Assembly: GCA_041862415.1 (NCBI GenBank)
Contig: JBGVTF010000248.1
Location: 3,690-67,689 of the forward strand
Direction of reading: 5' to 3'
DNA: 64,000 nucleotides
From: Anaerolineae bacterium
GTDB lineage: Bacteria > Chloroflexota > Anaerolineae > E26-bin7
Shown: positions 9,974 to 17,996 of the stretch, piece by piece
How the letters are laid out: each line of letters opens with the position of its first letter
Position numbering within the stretch: the stretch's first letter is position 1
Notes under the pieces: generated by a model
Databases searched by the model: none
What the model saw: the letters and a program-made list of their open reading frames with translations, nothing else
Told to the model about the DNA's origin: nothing
Translations under genes and position numbers: made by a program

Positions 9974-10049
9974 CTTGGACAAGTTGCCAACTTGTCCTAC
10001 AACCAGGCTCCCATGCTTTGAACTCGTGATGCGCCCGAGAGTAGCGAAT

Positions 10050-10078
10050 TTGCCAGGCCGCATGGGTTGGGGTATAAT
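10050..10078 (+). promoter_or_regulatory. Promoter of the glmS leader
   Basis: TTGCCA (10050-10055), a 17-nt spacer, then TATAAT (10073-10078), about 55 nt upstream of the ribozyme core. Confidence 0.6.
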
Positions 10079-10127
10079 AGCAGCACGAAAGGGGGGATGC
10101 TATGGAAGGTTAAGTCGGAAAAGGGGA

Positions 10128-10525
10128 AGACAGCGCAAGGGCTGGGTCTGCAAGCTCAAGGCTGAAAGCTGATTCTCGGCATAGCTCATTCGACGTTCAA
10201 GATCAACATTCAGTATTGAGCAGTTCAGATCCCAGTTGACGAGGAGGAGGTTCCTCGCCGCGAGGTGGGGCTAACCGGTTGGCAGATGGCCGCTACGCGG
10301 GCCAGTAGCTAGCCTGGGAAAATCGAGAGATCAGCGGATGCCTCCAGGGATGGCCACGTCCCTCATCTTCCCCTCCTGGTCTGACCGATGGCCGATGGCA
10401 AATAGTGGATGGTGAACGATAGAGTCCCGTCAGTTATCGGTTTGAGTCAGATATCATATTTATGGAAAGCGCGCCCGTACAAAACCGCCGGGTGACCGGC
10501 GGGACAAAAGGGAAGCGCAGTGGCG
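10128..10525 (+). ncRNA. glmS ribozyme/riboswitch with large insertions
   Basis: It lies in the 5' leader of glmS and carries the core strings A|GCGC (10132/10133), GUUGACGAGGAGGAGG (10235-10250), AUCGAGAGAUCAGCGGAUGCCUCC (10322-10345) and AAAACCGCCGGGUGACCGGCGGGACAAAAGGGAAGC (10481-10516). These match my recollection of the Bacillus-type glmS ribozyme (GACGAGG..AUCGAGAUUUCGGCGGAUG..GGUGAC..GGACAAAGG). Confidence 0.8.
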
Positions 10526-10532
10526 GCTAGTC

Positions 10533-10628
10533 ATTAGCAGGTAGCTGATAGCGTATGGTTGAGGGAATAGCACTCTTTTTGTCCGGTGGGCCATCAGTCA
10601 TCAGCCATCGGCTATCTGCCATCAGCTA
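10533..10628. repeat. Short dispersed ATCAGC/GCTGATAGC-type repeat block
   Basis: Contains gcaggtagctgatagc ... ccatcagtcatcagccatcggctatctgccatcagc. The same motif family occurs at 21484-21551 and 10157-10175. Confidence 0.5.
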
Positions 10629-10649
10629 AAAACACAGGAGGGACACAAA

Positions 10650-12512
10650 ATGTGTGGAATTGTTGGTTACGTGGGCCCTCGGCAGGCGACGTCTATCGTC
10701 GTCGAGGGCCTTAAGCGTTTGGAGTACCGTGGTTACGATTCGGCTGGAGTGGCCGTGCTCCAGCCTGTACCCCCTCTGGGGGTGAATAGTCGCATCGCCC
10801 TGCGCCGCAGCGTAGGCAAACTGACCAAGCTGGTCAGTGCCCTGGAGACGGATCCGCTCAGCGGACACATCGGCATGGGCCACACCCGCTGGGCCACCCA
10901 CGGTGGAGTGACCGAGGCCAATGCTCATCCCCACACCGATTGCCGGGGAGAGATCGTAGTCATACAGAACGGCATCGTGGAGAACTATGTTGAATTGAAG
11001 GAGGAACTGCGGGCTGAGGGGCACACCTTCCGCTCGCAGACCGACACCGAGGTGATCTCCCACCTGGTGGAGAAGTATTACAGCCAGGAGGGTGATCTGG
11101 TCACCGCCGTGCGTCATGTCCTGAACCGAATGAGAGGCTTCAACGCTGTGGTCGTTCTGAGCTCCCATGAGCCTGATAAGCTGGTGGCCGCCCGCCTGGG
11201 CAGCGCCGGTGGGGTGGTGATCGGTCAGGGAGAAGGGGAGATGTTTCTGGCCTCTGATATGCCCGCTCTTCTCGATCACACTCAGCGGATGATCTTTCTC
11301 GAAAATCGGGAAATGGCTGTGGTCACCCAGACGGGAGCCAGTTTCTTCACTCTGGAGGGGGTGCCCATTCAAAAAGAAGTGCACGTCATCCCTCTGGACC
11401 CTGTGGCCGTGGCCAAGGGCGGATACAAGCACTTCATGCAGAAGGAAATCTACGAGCAGTCGCGCTCGGTCACCGATGCCATCCGGGGGCGCGTGGACTT
11501 TGATGAAGCCGTGATCCACCTGGAGGATATGCACGTTGACCCGGAGGTGCTGCGGCGGGCGAACAAAATCTATAGCGTGGCCTGCGGCACGGCCTGGCAC
11601 TCGGCCCTGGTGGGCAAGTTCATGATCGAGGAACTGGCCCGGGTGCGGGTTGAGGTGGATTATGGCTCCGAGTTCCGCTACCGCGATCCGCTTTTGGATA
11701 ACAGGACGCTGTTCCTGGCCGTGACCCAGTCAGGGGAGACGGTGGACACCCTGGCGGCTATGGATAAAGCCAGAAAGGCGGGCATCAAGACCCTGACCAT
11801 CGTCAACGTGATGGGCAGCGAAGCCAGCCGGGTGGCCGATGGAGTGATGTACATGCGCGCCGGGCTGGAGATCGGGGTGGCGGCCAGCAAGACCTTCACC
11901 TCCCAGATGATATTGCACTACCTGTTGGCGCTCTACCTGGGCCAGATACGGGGCACCATCAAGAAAGAACGCATGAGGAAGTTGCTGCACGATCTGGTGG
12001 AGCTGCCCAATCTGGTGGGACAGGTGTTGGAAGATGGCACCCATTACGAGGCCCTGGCCAACGAGTACTTTAAGCGGGAGAACTTTCTTTACCTGGGACG
12101 GGGGATCAACTACCCCATCGCTTTGGAGGGTGCTCTCAAGCTGAAGGAGATCAGCTACATCCATGCCGAGGGCTACCCAGCCGGCGAGATGAAGCACGGT
12201 CCCATCGCCTTGATTGACGAGCGCATGCCGGTGGTGGCCATCACTGTCAAAGACAACGTCTACGAGAAGATGATCAACAACATCGAGCAGGTCAAGGCGC
12301 GGGGGGGCACTGTCATCGCCCTGGCCACCGAGGGCGATGAAGGCATTGCCAGGAAGGCTGACCACGTCCTCTACATCCCGCAGACCTCGCCGCTTCTGAC
12401 GCCTGTGCTGGCCGTCATCCTTCTGCAACTGCTGGCTTACCACATTGCTGTGCGCCGTGGCTGCGACGTGGACCAGCCGAGGAATCTGGCTAAATCGGTG
12501 ACGGTAGAGTAG
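10650..12512 (+). CDS. glmS: Glutamine--fructose-6-phosphate aminotransferase
   Basis: Begins MCGIVGY (N-terminal nucleophile Cys), has two SIS domains and ends in the canonical C-terminus PRNLAKSVTVE. Confidence 0.98.
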   Translation: MCGIVGYVGPRQATSIVVEGLKRLEYRGYDSAGVAVLQPVPPLGVNSRIALRRSVGKLTKLVSALETDPLSGHIGMGHTRWATHGGVTEANAHPHTDCRGEIVVIQNGIVENYVELKEELRAEGHTFRSQTDTEVISHLVEKYYSQEGDLVTAVRHVLNRMRGFNAVVVLSSHEPDKLVAARLGSAGGVVIGQGEGEMFLASDMPALLDHTQRMIFLENREMAVVTQTGASFFTLEGVPIQKEVHVIPLDPVAVAKGGYKHFMQKEIYEQSRSVTDAIRGRVDFDEAVIHLEDMHVDPEVLRRANKIYSVACGTAWHSALVGKFMIEELARVRVEVDYGSEFRYRDPLLDNRTLFLAVTQSGETVDTLAAMDKARKAGIKTLTIVNVMGSEASRVADGVMYMRAGLEIGVAASKTFTSQMILHYLLALYLGQIRGTIKKERMRKLLHDLVELPNLVGQVLEDGTHYEALANEYFKRENFLYLGRGINYPIALEGALKLKEISYIHAEGYPAGEMKHGPIALIDERMPVVAITVKDNVYEKMINNIEQVKARGGTVIALATEGDEGIARKADHVLYIPQTSPLLTPVLAVILLQLLAYHIAVRRGCDVDQPRNLAKSVTVE

Positions 12513-12629
12513 GGAATTCCAAAGCTCCCAGCCCTCGTCCCCGAGGGCGTCGTGGGCGAGAACACTGCCTCAAAAGCGATCACCTGCTGCATAGAACGCC
12601 CCCGAGACGGTGGCTTCGAGCGTTTTGTA

Positions 12630-12660
12630 CCGAGAACTGGCTAAGAGCGTGACGGTGGAG
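12630..12660 (+). pseudogene. Relic of a second glmS 3' end
   Basis: ccgagaactggctaagagcgtgacggtggag encodes RELAKSVTVE, compared with PRNLAKSVTVE at the real glmS end 118 nt upstream. Weaker nucleotide similarity extends about 40 nt further 5'. There is no stop codon and no ORF context. Confidence 0.6.
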
Positions 12661-12749
12661 AGGCCATCATTTCTAGGTGAGCCACAAGCCACAGGACGCG
12701 CCTGGTTGACAGGACGAGGCTTGGCCGTCAAGCTCTAGGTGCGGCCCCA

Positions 12750-12790
12750 AAGGCTTGCCCTGAGGCGAAGCCGAAGGGTCAAGGGGACTG
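12750..12790. repeat. REP-like repeat copy
   Basis: gcttgccctgaggcgaagccgaagggtcaagggg belongs to the same CCTGAG/CGAAGGG family. Confidence 0.5.
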
Positions 12791-12899
12791 GCGACGCAAC
12801 CGCCCCCCGGGGCCGGGGTCCTTCTCTGGACAAAAGGGCCGAACTGTGCTAAACCTCTGGGTAGAGGCAGGCGCTTTCCTGGGCGCGAAAGGAGACGAA

Positions 12900-13901
12900 A
12901 TGGAAAAGGTAGAATCCCTTGAACCGATGACCGTTGATGCCAGTCTTCTTCCTGAACTTCCTGATATTAGTGGTATTGTTAGTTCTCCCAAGGCCAGAAA
13001 AGCTTTAGCAGGAGCCTTAGTGGCTTCCCAATTAGCTTTAGCTAGCTGTGGGCCAGATGTACAAACAAAGCCACACGCGCCGGAAACATTAACAGTAGAC
13101 GTATCTGATCAGGCTGCACCAAGGGAACCTCCAGCAACTCCAAAACCCACGGAGGTACCACCAACACCTAAACCAACTGAAAAACCACCGACTCCAACCC
13201 CAGAACCACCAACAGCTACCCCAACTCCTGTGCCACCTACAGAGACCCCAACTCCTGTGCCGCCGACCAAAACCTCCACCCCTGAACCAACAGCCACACC
13301 CGCACCGACCGAAACCCCCACCCCTGAACCGACGCCGGAGCCGACAGCGACGCCAATTGCGGAGACTTTACCTGGATTTAATGATTGGTGGAAAGAAAGA
13401 ATGGAACCCTGCGGAGAGAGTTTTTTCATTCCTGATTTAGGTATCTGGGAGAGTTCTTTTGAAACTTTTGCTGAAATTTTGGCCCAAAACAATTTTGAGT
13501 TGTGGTGGCAGATATATGGGCTTCGGGGGGTAGGCCCGATGGATAAGGGTTGGATAACAAGCACTAATGCCCAACGAATTTTTTTTATTGATAAAAACTG
13601 GAGAACAGTTGCTGCTGGTTATTATGGGCTTTCAGAAGATATATTTTATGACTCCTATACGGCTCAGGCCATTTTAATGAGTGGGGCTGTTCATGAATCT
13701 ACAGAGGGACATATGGGGAAGTCATCAGCCACTAGAGAAGAGGAAAGACTAGCTTATACTAAAGATAGAGATTTTCTAGAGGCTGCTGCTGCTCTACTTA
13801 GGGATAGAGGAACTTTAGTGTCAGCAGACAATGTACAGGCTATTAGCGATGCAACTACTAGAATGTTAAATGATAATTCTTTTTATGTTGCCTCGGAATA
13901 A
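12900..13901 (+). CDS. Putative lipoprotein with Pro/Thr linker and low-GC C-terminal domain of unknown function
   Basis: ATG 12900 follows AAAGGAG. There is a lipobox-like LALASC, a PTPEPT linker, and a C-terminal ~180 aa encoded by DNA that I counted at ~37% GC on a sample line. Confidence 0.6.
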   Translation: MEKVESLEPMTVDASLLPELPDISGIVSSPKARKALAGALVASQLALASCGPDVQTKPHAPETLTVDVSDQAAPREPPATPKPTEVPPTPKPTEKPPTPTPEPPTATPTPVPPTETPTPVPPTKTSTPEPTATPAPTETPTPEPTPEPTATPIAETLPGFNDWWKERMEPCGESFFIPDLGIWESSFETFAEILAQNNFELWWQIYGLRGVGPMDKGWITSTNAQRIFFIDKNWRTVAAGYYGLSEDIFYDSYTAQAILMSGAVHESTEGHMGKSSATREEERLAYTKDRDFLEAAAALLRDRGTLVSADNVQAISDATTRMLNDNSFYVASE

Positions 13902-14040
13902 TTCTGCTCGCCAGTTTTTCTCCAAGATTGCTAAAAATACCTCGCCTAATAAAACTTTTTTATTCCCCCTTGACGAACAATCTTTATTTGTAATAGAGTA
14001 TTAATAATGACATTCCTGTCCACAACTTCGAGGTTGTTAC

Positions 14041-14205
14041 TTGTTACTTGTTACTTTTCTGCTAGCAAAGCCGGCATTGGCCGCTTGTCCTTGTGGTCAA
14101 ACATGTGTTCCTGGGGCGGGAGGTCAGCCTTTTTGTTCGTGTAATCCTTGTCTGGAGCCACCCGGTCCCCCTCTATGTTTTCTTCCAGGAACGAAAGTGA
14201 TGGTA
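14041..14205 (+). pseudogene. Truncated secreted Cys-rich / Hint-like gene fragment
   Basis: It has the signal-like MLLVTFLLAKPALA, a Cys-rich stretch, then CFLPGTKVMV, which resembles the N-terminal Hint/intein motif C-F-x-x-G-T-x-V. The reading frame then runs into short tandem repeats (14205-14244). Confidence 0.25.
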
Positions 14206-14244
14206 ATCTCAAATGTCAAATCTCAAATGTCAAAGCTGAAAATC
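14205..14244. repeat. Short tandem repeat (TCAAATGTCAAATC type)
   Basis: aatctcaaatgtcaaatctcaaatgtcaaagctgaaaatc is related to the CAAATCC repeats inside the GT4 gene at 16211-16266. Confidence 0.6.
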
Positions 14245-14366
14245 TGGAAAACGCAAAAGCGGAGAAAAATGGTTCAATGGTTAAATGGTTTGGGGCAAGA
14301 AAAAACCGCCTCCCATGAAGCGGTTGATATGGCTGGTAAGCCAGCCGGTGAAGAACTACTTATCCT

Positions 14367-14425
14367 CTGGACGAGATCGGTGCTTGGTCACACGTGTTAG
14401 TCGCCCCGGGGACGGGGCTCGGAGC
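14367..14425. repeat. Direct repeat copy 1 (59 nt)
   Basis: ctggacgagatcggtgcttggtcacacgtgttagtcgccccggggacggggctcggagc matches copy 2 at 53 of 59 positions. Confidence 0.8.
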
Positions 14426-14484
14426 AGGTCGCAATAAGTTCCTTCGCCTTTTGCCTTGCTCGCAGCTACCGTCCTCGGGGGCGT

Positions 14485-14543
14485 CTGGACCAGATCGGCG
14501 CTTGGTAACACGTGTCCGTCGCCCCGGGGACGGGGCTCGGTGC
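14485..14543. repeat. Direct repeat copy 2 (59 nt)
   Basis: ctggaccagatcggcgcttggtaacacgtgtccgtcgccccggggacggggctcggtgc. It contains the palindrome ACACGTGT and the hairpin GCCCCG-GGGA-CGGGGC. Confidence 0.8.
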
Positions 14544-14852
14544 GATGTAGAAAGTGAAAAGAACTTTTCGCTACTTACATAGAGTGTTTGCCTTTGTTCG
14601 TTGTAACATACATAACTGAATCTCGATGTCAATGTCTGGGAGCCATGACCATGATGAGAAACGGCTAAGAGGACAGGGCCTACAGGCTCTTGTCCCGTTT
14701 TGTATAATGGGGTATAATGATCACAAGGAATATCACCTTTGTAAGCGCTCAGGGGACAGTCGGCAGTGTAGGCGATCCGCACCCACCTCACCCTGCCCGC
14801 TTCAAGATCGGCTATTGTGAGAGGTAAGGCAAAAACAATGAGGAGCGACAAG

Positions 14853-15137
14853 ATGACAACTGGGACAGCGACTGAGAAACAGGTTCTTGAAGAATTGCGG
14901 GGCCTTGAACCAGGTCGCTGGTTTGAGGTGCTTGATTTCATTGGTTACTTGAAACATCGTGCGACCCTGGAGCGTGCACAGCCTTCCCCACGAGAGTTGA
15001 CTGCCCGTGCCCTGTTGCAGTCGGAACTGGTGGGGCTGTGGGCCGACAGGGACGGAATCGGCGATAGCCTAGCATTCGCCCGTCAGCTCCGCCAACAGGC
15101 AGAACATCGCCGGAGAACCACCGATGATACTGGTTGA
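14853..15137 (+). CDS. Type II antitoxin candidate (DUF2281-like) paired with a PIN toxin
   Basis: ATG 14853 follows GAGGAG. The motif WFEVLDFIGYLK is typical of DUF2281-type antitoxins as I recall them. The stop overlaps the PIN start by 14 nt. Confidence 0.55.
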   Translation: MTTGTATEKQVLEELRGLEPGRWFEVLDFIGYLKHRATLERAQPSPRELTARALLQSELVGLWADRDGIGDSLAFARQLRQQAEHRRRTTDDTG

Positions 15138-15515
15138 CACCGACGTCATGTAGATGTTATGCGACGGTATGCCCCCGCCTTGGCCTGGCTGGACTCGCTA
15201 GACACTGAAGTGATAGGCATTCCCGGCCTGGTCGCGATGGAACTGCTCCAGGGGTGTCGCAATCGGGAGGAACAGCGGCGGGTAGAAAATGTGCTACGTT
15301 CCTACACCCTGTATTGGCCGGGCCGGGCGGATTGTGCGCGGGCCTTTGACGATTTCGCAGCATACCACCTGAGCCATGCCCTTGGCATCTTGGACGCGCT
15401 GGTCGCCGAAACAGCAGTTGGTTTGGGCAAGGGGCTCGCCACGTTCAACACGAAGCATTATCGCGTTGTGGGCGCACTGCAAACGATCCAACCCTATACG
15501 CGGGACGTCAAATAG
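15124..15515 (+). pseudogene. VapC-like PIN-domain toxin disrupted by a 1-nt frameshift
   Basis: ATG 15124 encodes MILVDTDVM and then TAG (15151-15153). The rest of the PIN domain (RRYAPALAWLDSL...ILDALVAETA...TFNTKHY) continues in another frame from 15159. Adding one base near 15150 gives MILVDTDVMVDVMRRYAP... Confidence 0.75.
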
Positions 15516-15633
15516 GTTACGATTCGGCCGGCCAGAAGATGGGGTTGGATTAGGCAGCTATGCCAGGGAATCTGAGGTTGCCCTATTCGAACGCCTCTTT
15601 GCCAAAGGTGCTGACGTTTGAGGAATTCACGGC

Positions 15634-16827
15634 ATGAGAGTTGTCTTCATTGGCCCCTTTGGCCTGCGGGTCAAGGGCACCATGAGCCGGCGCGCCATGC
15701 CCATGGCCAGGGCGCTGGCAGACAGAGGGCATGAGGTAGACATAATCCTTCCGCCCTGGGATTGCCCTGAGGACAGCGGGCGGGAATGGGAAGAGGAAGG
15801 CGTCGGTGTGCATAACATCGCCTTGCCACCGCACTTTCCTCTTCTGTTTCACCTGCTGGTCACCTGGCGGCTGGTCAGGCGAGCCCTGGCCCTCAAGCCT
15901 GATGTAGTCCATTGCTTCAAGCCCAAAGCCTACGCCGGGCTCTCGGCCACGGGCATCTGGTTTTTGCAGAGGTTGGGATTGACGAAGGCCAGGCTCGTCG
16001 TGGACAGCGACGACTGGGAAGGATGGGGGGGCTGGAACGAGTTCGGAGATTACACCTGGGCCCAGAAGCGCTTCTTTGCCTGGCAGGAAAGGTGGGGGCT
16101 GACCCACGGTGATGCCGTGACCGTGGCCAGCCGGGCCTTGCAGACCCTGGCCTGGAGCCTGGGGGTGGCACCGAAGCGGGTGTTCTACGTGCCCAATGGA
16201 GCAGATCTCAATTCTCAAATCCCAAATCCCAAATCCCAAATCTCCATTCTCCATTCTCCATTCTCAGTGCTGCTCTACACCCGTTTCTTTGAGTTCCAGG
16301 CAGAGCGCGTGGTCGAGGTCTTTGAGCGGGTAGCGGCTGAGGTGCCAGAAGTCCAGTTTCTGATTGTGGGCGCAGGGCTCGCCGGGGAGGAAGAGAAGCT
16401 ATTGCACCTGGCCAGTCAGCGGGGGTTGGCTGACAGGATTGTCTACGCCGGTTGGGTCGAGTCTACTGAATTGCCTCGCTACCTGGCTGCTGCAGATGTG
16501 GCCATGCACCCTCTCGACGACAATCTCCTCAATCGCGCCCGGTGCAGTGCCAAGCTCGTTGATCTCATGGCCGCCGGATTGGCCATCGTGGCCGAGGACG
16601 TGGGACAAAGCAGCGAGTACATCGAGCATGGCCGTTCCGGCCTCCTCGTCAGGGCCGGTGACATCGGAACCTTTGCCCGCTGCGTGGTCAGGTTGTTGCG
16701 GGATGAGAGTCTGCGAAGGGCCCTGGGAAACGAGGCGCGGCGGCGGGTGTGCGAAGAGTTCGCTTGGCGGAGGCTGGTCGAGGGAATCGAGAGCGCATAC
16801 CAAAGAGGGGGTGAGGTCAATGGGTGA
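15634..16827 (+). CDS. GT4-family (GT-B) glycosyltransferase
   Basis: It has the N-terminal MRVVFIGPFGLRVKG...ARALADRGHEV and a C-terminal Rossmann half with the EX7E-type region (EYIEHGRSGLLV). Confidence 0.85.
   Translation: MRVVFIGPFGLRVKGTMSRRAMPMARALADRGHEVDIILPPWDCPEDSGREWEEEGVGVHNIALPPHFPLLFHLLVTWRLVRRALALKPDVVHCFKPKAYAGLSATGIWFLQRLGLTKARLVVDSDDWEGWGGWNEFGDYTWAQKRFFAWQERWGLTHGDAVTVASRALQTLAWSLGVAPKRVFYVPNGADLNSQIPNPKSQISILHSPFSVLLYTRFFEFQAERVVEVFERVAAEVPEVQFLIVGAGLAGEEEKLLHLASQRGLADRIVYAGWVESTELPRYLAAADVAMHPLDDNLLNRARCSAKLVDLMAAGLAIVAEDVGQSSEYIEHGRSGLLVRAGDIGTFARCVVRLLRDESLRRALGNEARRRVCEEFAWRRLVEGIESAYQRGGEVNG
16211..16266. repeat. Tandem heptamer repeats (CAAATCC)n(TCCATTC)n inside the GT4 CDS
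   Basis: ttctcaaatcccaaatcccaaatcccaaatctccattctccattctccattctc is read in frame as NSQIPNPKSQISILHSPFS. Confidence 0.85.
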
Positions 16828-17287
16828 GGAGTCAACAAGTAATGGGTCAACAGGTGAGAAGGCAACAGGTAATGAGTCGACTGACAGACACATTGACTCG
16901 TTGCCCGTTAACTCTCTACTCCGCTATTGGCTGCCGCCGGTTCTCTGGATGGGCGCGATTTTCACCCTGTCCGCTCAGCCTACCCTGCCTCATCATCCTG
17001 ACGCCCTGTCCGACCTTATACTCAAGAAGGCGGGGCACATGGGCGAGTACGGCATCCTGGCCTTTCTGCTCTGGCGGGCGCTCTCGCGGGGGCGGGATAC
17101 TCTCTCACGGTCGGCTTTGGCCACTGCCTTCGTCGTCTCGGTCCTCTACGCCGCGTCAGACGAATATCACCAGACCTTTGTGCCGGGGCGGAATGGGACG
17201 CTGGTGGATGTGGGCATTGATGCTGTGGGAGCTCTGGTCTTTTTGCTCGTCGTGGGGAGATTGGGGAAGCAAGGGAGGCGGGAGTAG
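16820..17287 (+). CDS. VanZ-like family membrane protein
   Basis: ATG 16820 overlaps the GT4 stop (ATGGGTGA). The motifs KAGHMGEYGILAFLLWRAL and SDEYHQTFVPGRNGTLVDVGIDAVGA are VanZ-like. The longer track ORF 16364..17287 is a shadow of the GT4 gene upstream of 16820. Confidence 0.8.
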   Translation: MGEESTSNGSTGEKATGNESTDRHIDSLPVNSLLRYWLPPVLWMGAIFTLSAQPTLPHHPDALSDLILKKAGHMGEYGILAFLLWRALSRGRDTLSRSALATAFVVSVLYAASDEYHQTFVPGRNGTLVDVGIDAVGALVFLLVVGRLGKQGRRE

Positions 17288-17327
17288 ATTCTCCGCTCCT
17301 TGCCGTGGCGTTGTGGGGGGACTTGGA

Positions 17328-17996
17328 TTAAGGCTTCGCCTCCGGTGAGACCTTGGCGGTGATGATAATCTCGCCGAAAGCCCGCTCCTGTTGGACGTCT
17401 ACCCGCTGGCGTTTGATGAGCTCCAGGACGGCCAGGAAAGCGACGATGATCTCTACCCGCGAGGCTGCACGGGCCAGCAGGCGATTAAAGCTAACCCGGC
17501 CACGTCTGCGCAGCGCTGCCTCGATTTGTCTGATTTTGTCGGCAATGGTCACGGTCATGGGGGCGACCATGTTGGAGACAGACGGGGCCAGGGGGGTGAC
17601 CGCCAGAGCTTGCTCCACCGCTTTCAGTAGATCGTCTAGGGTGATGCCTTCCAGGTCAAGGGTAGGCTCCAACCTGGGCGGCGGAGCGACCCGCACGTAG
17701 GCCCGTAGCCCCATCTCCTCCCTTTGCCTCAGCTCCTGGGCTGCCTCTTTGAACTTTTTGTATTCAATGAGCTGCCGCACCAGTTCGTCGCCTACGTCCT
17801 CTTCCTCCTCTTCGATGGGTGGAGGTTGGGGTAGCAGCACCTGAGACTTGATCAGGAGCAGCTTGGCGGCGATGACCAGGAAATCAGCCAGAGCCGCAGC
17901 TTCCAGTTCGTGCAACAGGCTGATGTACTCCAGATACTGATCCGTCACCTGGGCCAGGGAGACTTTGGTGATGTCCAGTTCGCGTTTTTCGATCAA
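17328..17996 (-). CDS. scpA: Segregation and condensation protein A (kleisin), start uncertain
   Basis: It has ScpA-like sequence throughout. The first canonical start is TTG 17996, but the conserved N-terminal motif (YQVKLEAFEGPLDLLLQL) is encoded in frame upstream, as far as 18053. Confidence 0.85.
   Translation of the reverse strand: MIEKRELDITKVSLAQVTDQYLEYISLLHELEAAALADFLVIAAKLLLIKSQVLLPQPPPIEEEEEDVGDELVRQLIEYKKFKEAAQELRQREEMGLRAYVRVAPPPRLEPTLDLEGITLDDLLKAVEQALAVTPLAPSVSNMVAPMTVTIADKIRQIEAALRRRGRVSFNRLLARAASRVEIIVAFLAVLELIKRQRVDVQQERAFGEIIITAKVSPEAKP

Noticed and set aside
10626-11600. Long antisense or alternate-frame ORFs inside well-supported genes (for example 10626..11600, 11730..12443, 22339..23391, 28780..30018, 30750..31625, 55242..55913, 61394..62002)
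   Set aside because: Each overlaps a gene with clear family signatures on the other strand or frame. High GC suppresses stop codons in shadow frames, and no motifs are recognisable.
14367-14543. Mini CRISPR array
   Set aside because: There are only two repeat copies. The 59-nt repeat and 59-nt spacer are outside typical CRISPR dimensions, and no cas genes or leader are present. I kept it as an unexplained direct-repeat pair instead.
14360-14941. Minus-strand 193-aa ORF
   Set aside because: It spans the 59-nt direct repeats and promoter-like AT-rich DNA, has no RBS or domain, and is probably non-coding.
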